From a virus, in the IMG/VR virus record IMGVR_UViG_3300023184_000081, positions 16,242-80,241 of that record: DNA of 64,000 nucleotides; one strand, 5' to 3'. Position numbers and translations under genes: made by a program. Position 1 is the first letter of the stretch; each line of letters opens with the position of its first letter. The notes under the pieces were generated by a model. The model had not been told where the DNA came from, searched no databases, and worked only from the letters and a program-made list of their open reading frames with translations. Below are positions 56,611-64,000 of this stretch, one piece after another.

Positions 56611-56808
56611 ATGAAAACAGCTAAACTTCCAATTTATTCTTTAGATACAGTTCTTGTAGAAGGTTGGTTCATACGCTGCTCTATAATGAAGGGCAACATA
56701 CTTGTTGTTATGTTGAATTCAATAACTGAAGAATGTCGGATTGGCTTTTTTAAAACTGAAAAAAAAGCCAATCGTTTTGTGAATGATATAATATATGCTC
56801 TCGGATAA
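56611..56808 (+). CDS. Hypothetical protein
   Basis: Contiguous ORF. Confidence 0.6.
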   Translation: MKTAKLPIYSLDTVLVEGWFIRCSIMKGNILVVMLNSITEECRIGFFKTEKKANRFVNDIIYALG

Positions 56809-57211
56809 AATAAAATCTCTGCCCCATTCTGGAAGAACGCTACAAGATCATCTAAATGGAACTGCTGATATACTACGTTATTGGCTCTGTTCTGATGACG
56901 TTGTCAATGCAGGTCTGTATCACTCAGTCTACGGAACTTCAAGCTATAAGAATATAGCTACAACAAACAGAGATGAAGTTATCGCTCTGATCGGCGTATA
57001 TGCAGAATCTCTTGTGTATACATTCTGTAACACGAATCACAATAGAATGCTTCATTTTATTGAAAATCGAAATAAAGAATTGATTTTAGTAGAATGTGCT
57101 AATCTCATGGAACAGAAAAGCAGAAATTTTCAGATATTAGAAAAGGCAGTAGACTATGTTCCAAAATACATCGGAGACGATATAGGTTTCTACATAATGG
57201 ATAATCACTGA
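56795..57211 (+). CDS. DUF6817-like HD-domain protein
   Basis: HSGRTLQDHL.GT...AGLYHSVYGT...IG..AE.LVY.FC...AN.MEQ. Confidence 0.8.
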   Translation: MLSDKIKSLPHSGRTLQDHLNGTADILRYWLCSDDVVNAGLYHSVYGTSSYKNIATTNRDEVIALIGVYAESLVYTFCNTNHNRMLHFIENRNKELILVECANLMEQKSRNFQILEKAVDYVPKYIGDDIGFYIMDNH

Positions 57212-57221
57212 GGAATAGATC

Positions 57222-57398
57222 ATGACTACAGAAATAGATAAAATGATACAGAAATTGGAACTTGCAATGCATCATAATGCATATCTAACATTTGATGAGA
57301 TGGAAGAAATGCATACGTTTCTTCATAATCTCAAAGAAAATTCTCCTCGTCCTGCTATATTTTCGGAACAAGAACAATCTGAACTGTTTACAAAATGA
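57222..57398 (+). CDS. Small hypothetical protein (58 aa)
   Basis: RBS GAGG, ATGA overlap with the next gene. Confidence 0.55.
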   Translation: MTTEIDKMIQKLELAMHHNAYLTFDEMEEMHTFLHNLKENSPRPAIFSEQEQSELFTK

Positions 57399-58090
57399 GC
57401 AGAATCCATGTGAGAGGACAGATGGGTGTTCAGATTCTTCAAGTGGCAGTGGGACTGTCGAAGGAGTCTGATAAAGATACAGATGATTGTGTTATCTGTA
57501 TCAATAACGAAAAGACAGAAGTTCTTTCGTCCGAGAAATTATCTAATCAATTGCATCATGTGTTCGACGCTAAATGCAGAGTCATAGATATAGACTCCAA
57601 AGATAAGACTCCATATTGGGTCGAGGGTGCAGCAACTTCTATCTTTGAGAACAGAGATAATATATTCAAATATCTTGTTCCACGATTCGATATGATAGAA
57701 AAATTATTTCCTATTCAGCTTCCTGCAGTTCATATCAGAGGGAAAGATAAGAATGTAGCGTCTATCGAATCGTGTAGAAAACTTTTAGCCATGGCTGGAT
57801 CGGACGCTGTAATTTATACAGACGATAAAGAGAAAGCCAAAGAAGTATCACCAGAACATAAAGTAAGTCAAAACGAATTGGACATTGATGACTGGATTGA
57901 TATGTATAATTCCGCGATTATATACGCTGCGCCTTCTGCATTTATCATGAGCATGCTTTTGTTCAATCCTCATAAGACGATGGTCTTTATGAATGAAGAA
58001 ATGTGCGACGGGGAATATCCTGCATCGGCCGGAGATTTTCTATTCCTCAGAGAAGCTATGAAATTTTGTCCGAATGTGTCTATTGTCTAA
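57395..58090 (+). CDS. Fucosyltransferase-like (GT11/GT23) protein
   Basis: RGQMGVQILQ (cf. GxLGNQ), AVHIRGKD, IYTDD, PSAF. Confidence 0.65.
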   Translation: MSRIHVRGQMGVQILQVAVGLSKESDKDTDDCVICINNEKTEVLSSEKLSNQLHHVFDAKCRVIDIDSKDKTPYWVEGAATSIFENRDNIFKYLVPRFDMIEKLFPIQLPAVHIRGKDKNVASIESCRKLLAMAGSDAVIYTDDKEKAKEVSPEHKVSQNELDIDDWIDMYNSAIIYAAPSAFIMSMLLFNPHKTMVFMNEEMCDGEYPASAGDFLFLREAMKFCPNVSIV

Positions 58091-58091
58091 T

Positions 58092-58931
58092 ATGAAAATA
58101 AAAGATCTTGAGAGTATATTCAAAAGCTCTGCTAAATCTGCAGATAAGCTACAGGGATTCGTTCCTGATATGCATATCGATCGGGCGCAAAAGGCGCATG
58201 AAGCTCAACTGCAACGTAGAGAAAAACACGGACACAAAACTGAATATTCCAAAAAGTTCGATGAAGAAGGAATTGTAGTCATTCCGAATTTCATGAGCGA
58301 TATGACTGGATTTGTAGAGGAGATTGAAAAGTTTCCTATCGCTGAGAATAAGAATGAACATAATTTACTTTTCGGTGAACCAAGACCTTGGATTCAATCT
58401 CGAGATGATGATGGTTCTCGTCTATACAATATCGTCATGGACTGTCATGCTCTACACACTCTAGACCCACAATTCAAACAAAATACATTCGTTCAGCGTC
58501 TACAGAATAGCCCAGATAATAATGATGTGCAGAAAATTATGCACATGGATACGTTCTTTCCGACTGTTAAATTTTGGTTCTTTCCTCAAGATGTAACAAT
58601 AGATGATGGTCCATTCTGTTATGTGCCAAAATCAAATATTCTTACAGATAAAAGAAAAGAGTGGATGCGAAAACAGTGGGAAGATATTATTGACGGTAAG
58701 GTAGATCCACGAAGAACATATGGTCATGCAGAGGGGTCTCTACGTGTATTCGATGAAGAATTAATTGAGATGGGATTCGATCCAGAATGTAAAGTATATC
58801 CAGTCAAAGCGAATACATTAGTGATCGCTAACACGTTTGGATTCCACGCTCGCGGAGAGGTATCTAATACAGTGATCCGTCAAGCAATTCATGGGTCGAT
58901 CAGATTGTCGAAACCGTTCGAAATTTTCTGA
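58092..58931 (+). CDS. PhyH-family 2OG-Fe(II) dioxygenase
   Basis: FDEEGIVVIPNF, HMDTF (HxD), DGPFCYVPKS, GFHARG. Confidence 0.85.
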   Translation: MKIKDLESIFKSSAKSADKLQGFVPDMHIDRAQKAHEAQLQRREKHGHKTEYSKKFDEEGIVVIPNFMSDMTGFVEEIEKFPIAENKNEHNLLFGEPRPWIQSRDDDGSRLYNIVMDCHALHTLDPQFKQNTFVQRLQNSPDNNDVQKIMHMDTFFPTVKFWFFPQDVTIDDGPFCYVPKSNILTDKRKEWMRKQWEDIIDGKVDPRRTYGHAEGSLRVFDEELIEMGFDPECKVYPVKANTLVIANTFGFHARGEVSNTVIRQAIHGSIRLSKPFEIF

Positions 58932-59197
58932 TGTATGATTTTTTCATTACAGACTATAGAAGCCACAAATTACGGTTCATATTTGAATCTATTGCTTGGT
59001 TGATTTCTATCGGTTGTTGCATCGCAATGGCAGTAACAGTTCCGAATCCTCCGCTACTGATTCTCTATCCAATATGGATGACAGGCTGCGTAATCACAGC
59101 TGGATGCTCTTATTCTCGCGGATCGTTTTGGCTTTTCGCTAATTATATTATTCTAACACTGATAGATTCTGTTGGACTTATAAGGATGATGCTATGA
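58931..59197 (+). CDS. Small multi-TM membrane protein
   Basis: Three hydrophobic segments, TVPNPP. Confidence 0.7.
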   Translation: MYDFFITDYRSHKLRFIFESIAWLISIGCCIAMAVTVPNPPLLILYPIWMTGCVITAGCSYSRGSFWLFANYIILTLIDSVGLIRMML

Positions 59198-60066
59198 GTT
59201 TATTCAATTCTCGTTATCCGATCGTATGCGCTCCAATGAATCAGGTGAGTGACGCAAGATTAGCTGTGGCATGTAATAAAGCTGGAATCATTCCGAGTCT
59301 AGTAACAAATCATCAAATAGAAAAACAACTAAAAGAATATCGTGATTTTTGTCCGAATGGAGATATAATTTTATCTAGCAATTTGATGAATGCGACGATT
59401 ATCAATGGATTCGAAGGACTCATTGCGCTCTTAAAAGATTATAGAGTATCACATATACAGTTGTTGAAAATCTTAAACGATACTGAATTTAAAATGTTGG
59501 AAAGAATTCTAGATAACAATATTAAGGTAATATTTAAATCTCTAGAACCAATGCAATTAGCAGAGATGCAACCTTACTATGATGCAATAGATTTAAAAAG
59601 CCCAGACGCTGCATCCAGAGTGATACATACAGGTCAAACAACGATGGAAAGATTCTTAGAACAGAAAGCCACAAATCCGGATATTCCCATTATCGTGACT
59701 GGAGGGATATCCACATCTGCAGATATTAAAATGTATCTAGACGCAGGTGCAGAAGCAGTGGGATTAGGAACAATGTTCGCTCTCTCTAAAGAGTCTGCAA
59801 TACATCCTTATAAGAAAATGGAGATGATAAGAAAATCTTTCAGTGATGTTACATCTGTTAGAACTAACTTGAATTTTGGAAAGAATCGTATGAACGCGAT
59901 CGTATTTTCAGAGACGCCAGATACAGATGGAAATAATACAGAAGGATTAATACTGGGAAGAGATACAACGGATCGTGGATTACTCTTTGCAGGAAAAGCT
60001 CTAGATAACATCACTGCAATAGAATCCGTTCAAACAATTGTCGATAGACTCACGAAGGAGTTATAA
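59194..60066 (+). CDS. Nitronate monooxygenase/FabK-like FMN TIM barrel
   Basis: YPIVCAPMNQVSD, IPIIVTGGI, GAEAVGLGTMF..SKES. Confidence 0.82.
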   Translation: MSLFNSRYPIVCAPMNQVSDARLAVACNKAGIIPSLVTNHQIEKQLKEYRDFCPNGDIILSSNLMNATIINGFEGLIALLKDYRVSHIQLLKILNDTEFKMLERILDNNIKVIFKSLEPMQLAEMQPYYDAIDLKSPDAASRVIHTGQTTMERFLEQKATNPDIPIIVTGGISTSADIKMYLDAGAEAVGLGTMFALSKESAIHPYKKMEMIRKSFSDVTSVRTNLNFGKNRMNAIVFSETPDTDGNNTEGLILGRDTTDRGLLFAGKALDNITAIESVQTIVDRLTKEL

Positions 60067-60067
60067 T

Positions 60068-60508
60068 ATGAAATATGTAGAAATGCATCGAAGAAGCCTG
60101 GCTAAAACAATCACAGTTCGTGTGTGTTTCACACTGAGTCATCTGTTGAACGGCTTTATCGTGATGGGAACATTCGCAGCTGCAGCACAAATCGCATCAA
60201 TCGCAACACTGATCAATATGTTCCTATTTTGGGCACATGAGAGAACGTGGAATTGGTTTCAGTGGAACAGAAAGCCAGAGATAGACGATAAATTCTTCAA
60301 AGATGGTCATCCGAGAACGATAAGCAAATCTGTAACATGGAGATTATTGATAACTGCATCTAACTTTCTGATACCATATCTGTTGACGGGATCGATCGGA
60401 AAGGCACTCGCATTCCTCACACTCGCAACGATCTTCAACGTCATTATATACTATACGCACGAGAGAGTCTGGAATCGATTTTCCTGGGCTAAGACAATAA
60501 GAGAATAA
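60068..60508 (+). CDS. Tandem DUF2061 membrane protein
   Basis: Two repeats RSLAKTITVR...HERTW / RTISKSVTWR...HERVW. Confidence 0.85.
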   Translation: MKYVEMHRRSLAKTITVRVCFTLSHLLNGFIVMGTFAAAAQIASIATLINMFLFWAHERTWNWFQWNRKPEIDDKFFKDGHPRTISKSVTWRLLITASNFLIPYLLTGSIGKALAFLTLATIFNVIIYYTHERVWNRFSWAKTIRE

Positions 60509-60513
60509 ATTCG

Positions 60514-61098
60514 TTATGGTTCTTTTAATAAAAATCCAAGCCTATCTTCTGCAGGACTAGAATAAAACTCATCACGCCAAATAGGTATAATAGTGATAGC
60601 ATCATGATTAGCAAAGTCATCATTATATCTAAAATGCACCTCAATTACCCTATTGCCTATCACTTCTACATTGAACCATTCGTATCTATTCGCAACAGCT
60701 TGCAGTATTTCGGGCAATGTAAATATATCGTCAATCTTTGTCCACCGACTAAATCTGTTCAGTCGCATCGGATCATTTCTAAACCCCTCAACTGCAAGTG
60801 TCTGTTTCCCCCAATTATAATCAAAACTTAAATGACGTCCAGTGAATATCTCACACCAGAAATATCCATCTGGAATGGAATCTGAATCCAGATATTGTAT
60901 TGTAGCACCAATACTCATCGATCGTAGATTCATAATAGGACGCACTATATACTGACCAGGAACAGATGGAGATATACCCGCAGGACCGCATGTATAATCT
61001 AATTTTTTTGCCAAGATTAGTTTATCCATACACCAAAGATCATCTGTGGCTATGCTATTGAATACATGTGTATCATCAATTTGAGGTATAGTAGTCAT
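60514..61098 (-). CDS. ATP-grasp-like phage protein
   Basis: DKLILAKKLDY.CGPAG, YIVRPIMN, CEIFTGRHLSFDY, NVEVIG..IEVHFR.N. Confidence 0.7.
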   Translation of the reverse strand: MTTIPQIDDTHVFNSIATDDLWCMDKLILAKKLDYTCGPAGISPSVPGQYIVRPIMNLRSMSIGATIQYLDSDSIPDGYFWCEIFTGRHLSFDYNWGKQTLAVEGFRNDPMRLNRFSRWTKIDDIFTLPEILQAVANRYEWFNVEVIGNRVIEVHFRYNDDFANHDAITIIPIWRDEFYSSPAEDRLGFLLKEP

Positions 61099-61124
61099 TT
61101 TAATTATATAGAGGAAAGAAAAGA

Positions 61125-61349
61125 ATGAAAGCCAAGAAAAGCGCAGTAGGATTGAATTCTGATAACGAGACGAGCAGATCAATACGCATAGGAATATCAA
61201 AAGCGATGCCTAGTGCAACGACCATAACAAATGCGTATAGGAAAGCAAAAGAAAATGATCCAACAATACAGTATAGAATGACAGTGAGCGAATGGAGAAA
61301 AGGATATCTACGGTCGCTAAAGAAAGCCAAGAAACGCAAGGAACAATAA
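61125..61349 (+). CDS. Small basic hypothetical protein
   Basis: RBS GAGG; Lys/Arg-rich. Confidence 0.55.
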   Translation: MKAKKSAVGLNSDNETSRSIRIGISKAMPSATTITNAYRKAKENDPTIQYRMTVSEWRKGYLRSLKKAKKRKEQ

Positions 61350-61372
61350 AACATTCCTTGCGTCAGATCATA

Positions 61373-61606
61373 TTAACTCGTAGGACCACTGACAAATTTA
61401 TTCAATTCCTCAGCCTTAGCAATAATCTCAGCAGAAGAAGGAAATGTAGGCATAGTAGGATACGGAAGAGTTCCACGATTAGAATCATTCAGCTTGCAAT
61501 GATATTCATCGCTTAGGTTATTGCGCATTTCATAGATGGGCTGAGAAAGGATTTCTCTAGCCAACTGAAGTAGATCAAATCGAATTTCATACGGGGTTTT
61601 ACTCAT
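61373..61606 (-). CDS. Conserved phage hypothetical protein
   Basis: MSKTPYEIRFDLLQLA...FPSSAEII.KA..LNKFV; RBS AGGAG; minus-strand late promoter at 61730-61737. Confidence 0.8.
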   Translation of the reverse strand: MSKTPYEIRFDLLQLAREILSQPIYEMRNNLSDEYHCKLNDSNRGTLPYPTMPTFPSSAEIIAKAEELNKFVSGPTS

Positions 61607-61799
61607 AGTGTGTTCTCCTGTGTGATGTTACTGTGTGTTATGCAACAAAATTGCTGCATACAATTATATAGGGGAAAGAGAGTCGAATTGTGGTAGAAGC
61701 CAAGAATAATGCGATAGAGAAAAAGCCAGTATTTATAGGGTTTTTCTGCTAGGTATATGCCTTGACAATTAGCCAGAAGGAGCGCATAATAGCTGTATA

Positions 61800-62003
61800 A
61801 TGCTTAGATACACTGCTACGATCATCACCCTTCTGGGAGCTCTCGCGACTGCGTTCCGCTGCGATCCGCTCAACATCTATCTGCTCAACGTCGGAACGAT
61901 GCTGTTCCTGATATATTCCTTTAAACTCAAAGACTTATCGCTCATCATAGTGAACAGCGGTCTGCTCCTGATATATGCTGTCGGGCTGCTCGTAACCCCT
62001 TGA
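61800..62003 (+). CDS. Small membrane protein (early)
   Basis: Hydrophobic ORF, leaderless after a promoter. Confidence 0.7.
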   Translation: MLRYTATIITLLGALATAFRCDPLNIYLLNVGTMLFLIYSFKLKDLSLIIVNSGLLLIYAVGLLVTP

Positions 62004-62087
62004 TTCCTAACGAGAAAACATATGCCTTGACAATTAGGCATTTCGCGTATATAATAACTGTGTCAAATATGAAAAAGGAATCAAAAA

Positions 62088-62276
62088 ATGTTTAAAGTAA
62101 CAATTACCGACGAATTTGAAGAACAAATTGTTTTGAGCGTAGATAACGCTAAGGCTCTTTTAAAGTTAATTAAAGAATACACCAGCACCAAGAGCTTAGA
62201 TTCTACCCCGATATACTCCATCCTCACGGAGCTAGACGAAGAATATTACAATAACCGCGGATTTTATATGGGTTGA
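62088..62276 (+). CDS. Early hypothetical protein
   Basis: RBS AAGGA after a promoter. Confidence 0.7.
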   Translation: MFKVTITDEFEEQIVLSVDNAKALLKLIKEYTSTKSLDSTPIYSILTELDEEYYNNRGFYMG

Positions 62277-62471
62277 TTGTAACCCATTGATTAATAACGA
62301 GAAAAGAAGCAGAATGAAGAAACCCCTTAAGAATCAAAAGGTTAACGCTACACTCCAGTATCTCCGGAGATTCCCTGACGTGCAGACGTGGTTGAAGCCG
62401 CTGACAATAATAAAGCAAAAGAAGCCCAAAAAAGCCTTGTAAATTAGGCCAATGAGCGTTATACTGGTTGT

Positions 62472-62642
62472 ATGATAAATAAAAAGATTACAAGACTCCA
62501 CAAGCTGGCTCTCAAAGCGGCTGTTGCGCGTGACAAGTTCGAGGAAGCACTGGCCAAGGCGCAGCGCGAACGCAACTGGGTCGACATCTGCATCGCCGAA
62601 GGGATCGATCCCCAAGCAAATGCAGGTGACTGGATGTGTTGA
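62472..62642 (+). CDS. Early hypothetical protein (56 aa)
   Basis: MINKKITRLHKLALKAAVARDKFEEAL...GDWMC*, lying between two promoters. Confidence 0.6.
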   Translation: MINKKITRLHKLALKAAVARDKFEEALAKAQRERNWVDICIAEGIDPQANAGDWMC

Positions 62643-62713
62643 TAAGCCTTGACAATTAGCCACAAATACTCTATAATAGCTGTATGATAAATAAAATGAT
62701 AAAAGGAACTGAA

Positions 62714-62938
62714 ATGGAATTGTTTGTATTGTTGGGTGATATTGATAACCAATTGGAGTGTCTGGGTGTTTACGAATCACGTGAAGCGGCTGTCGCTGCA
62801 GCGCGCACTGCGAAGTATTTGGATGATCCCGATATCCAAGATTTCGTGATTGAGCGTCGCGTGGTGGGTGCAACCCCGAAGTGGGGGTTCATGGAAGACT
62901 TCCGCGAAGTCCTCGATCTGGGTGCGTATACAAAATAA
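62714..62938 (+). CDS. Early hypothetical protein
   Basis: RBS AAGGA; LGVYESREAA motif. Confidence 0.7.
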   Translation: MELFVLLGDIDNQLECLGVYESREAAVAAARTAKYLDDPDIQDFVIERRVVGATPKWGFMEDFREVLDLGAYTK

Positions 62939-62999
62939 GCCTTGACAATTAGCCACAAATACTCTATAATAGCTGTTCAATAACTGAGAAAGAAACTAT

Positions 63000-63491
63000 A
63001 TGAAAAACACTACGAAAACCGCAACACAAAAGGCCCTCGAGTTCAAGCGTCAGGAGCTGAAGGATATCAAAGCGACCGCGAAGCGTGCCCAGTCGCAGCT
63101 GAAGAAGGACGTCGCGGAGCTCCGTTACGAGCTGAAGACGCTGCGTGCGAACGTCAAGGCTGACAAGGCTATCGTTCGCGATCAGCGCAAGCAGGCTGTT
63201 ATCGATCGCAAAGCTGCGCGCAAAGCGGCCCGTGACGATCTTATCGCGGCTCGCATGCAAAAGCGCGGCGAGCGTGTGCTCAAAGCGAGCGATCGCCTGA
63301 ATGCGCGGTCGGAGAAAGCCGCAGAACGTGCAGCGAAGAAGGCCGCGCGTATCGATGCGATCCAAGCGAAACTGGATGCTCTGAAGAATCCGGTCGGCAT
63401 CAACGCGAAGAAAGCTGCGAAGAAGCCGAGCAAAGTCACGATCGTCAATCCGTTGGCGGCTCTTGACGCAGCGATGAAGAAGGCGGCCTAA
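63000..63491 (+). CDS. Lys/Ala/Arg-rich helical (histone H1-like) early protein
   Basis: Extreme K/A/R content (KAAERAAKKAAR, KKAAKKPSK); has its own promoter. Confidence 0.75.
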   Translation: MKNTTKTATQKALEFKRQELKDIKATAKRAQSQLKKDVAELRYELKTLRANVKADKAIVRDQRKQAVIDRKAARKAARDDLIAARMQKRGERVLKASDRLNARSEKAAERAAKKAARIDAIQAKLDALKNPVGINAKKAAKKPSKVTIVNPLAALDAAMKKAA

Positions 63492-63633
63492 CCCCTTGTT
63501 TTATATGACTATTTGCAACCCCTTGATTACATTGGAGATTTTCTTTTCACAATAAGCCAAGAAAAGCCTTGTATATTAGGTGAGTCCGCGTTATACTGGT
63601 TGCATGATAAATAAACAAGTGAGCGTAGCGAAT

Positions 63634-64000
63634 ATGAAGATCGACTTCTGTAAGACCACTGGCAAGTTTCTTGGTTTCATCGACGGGAAACTGATCACGA
63701 AATCCAAGAGTAAAAAGCGCGTGGAGCGTATCTGCCGCGAACACTCAGCTGGAACGGAGTTCGTGACGGGTTCCACCAACGACAGCCGCTTCGGAATCAA
63801 CGAACGATTCGACTTCGTCGGTGACCTCGTCACGATGGTTTCAAATAAGACGTCGGCTTCAGCGATTATCACTGGCGAGGGTGGGTTGGGTAAGACCTAC
63901 ACCGTCGTCAAGACGCTGGAAGCGAACGGTCTGGAAGACGCGAGCAACCTGATGGAAGCGGAAGACGAAGACGAAATCATGGAACGCGACGATAAGCAGT
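63634..64000 (+). CDS. P-loop (AAA-like) ATPase, truncated by the window end
   Basis: FGINERFDF...SAIITGEGGLGKTYTV Walker A. Confidence 0.85.
   Translation, partial: MKIDFCKTTGKFLGFIDGKLITKSKSKKRVERICREHSAGTEFVTGSTNDSRFGINERFDFVGDLVTMVSNKTSASAIITGEGGLGKTYTVVKTLEANGLEDASNLMEAEDEDEIMERDDKQ

Larger units (their letters stand above)
61758..63600 (+). repeat. Cluster of repeated early sigma70 promoters (GCCTTG[AT]..ATTAG...TA[TC]A[AC]T)
   Basis: Copies at ~61758, 62024, 62432, 62644, 62937, 63565. The 62644 and 62937 copies share about 40 identical bp (AAGCCTTGACAATTAGCCACAAATACTCTATAATAGCTGT). Confidence 0.85.

Noticed and set aside
62644-62980. CRISPR-like direct repeats
   Set aside because: The repeats are sigma70 promoters separated by ~250-bp genes, not by spacers; no cas genes are present.
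62334-63872. Long minus-strand ORFs (62334-62873, 62964-63365, 63591-63872)
   Set aside because: They are antisense shadows of GC-rich + strand early genes; all promoters here point in the + direction.

Overview
A 64-kb segment of a large T4-like (Tevenvirinae/Kyanoviridae-type) myophage. It is AT-rich, read with the standard code and almost entirely + strand; the host is probably an aquatic proteobacterium (inference). The window contains: the replication/recombination core (gp43 polymerase, UvsX, gp41, gp61, gp30 ligase, RNase H); nucleotide metabolism (ThyX, NrdA/NrdB, dCMP deaminase); lysis genes (holin, nested spanins); a late block of His-rich proteins with T4-type capsid-targeting leaders; a surface-glycan/porin cluster; a 25-tRNA array covering all 20 amino acids, plus a separate tRNA-fMet and a pseudo-tRNA; and an early region with repeated sigma70 promoters and IHF-consensus sites. 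Three candidate systems stand out. (i) A DNA hypermodification operon: TET/JBP dioxygenase, an unassigned SAM-fold protein, an amino-acid:DNA transferase and a P-loop kinase, in a ThyX phage. (ii) Three non-tRNA RNA cassettes in the tRNA array that share a covarying ~17-bp closing stem around unrelated cargo, together with a boxA leader and a tRNA-like stable RNA. (iii) A putative capsid-delivered enzyme kit (HAD phosphatase, ligase-like protein, nuclease, nucleotidyltransferase). All family assignments come from motif recognition by eye; no database searches were run.
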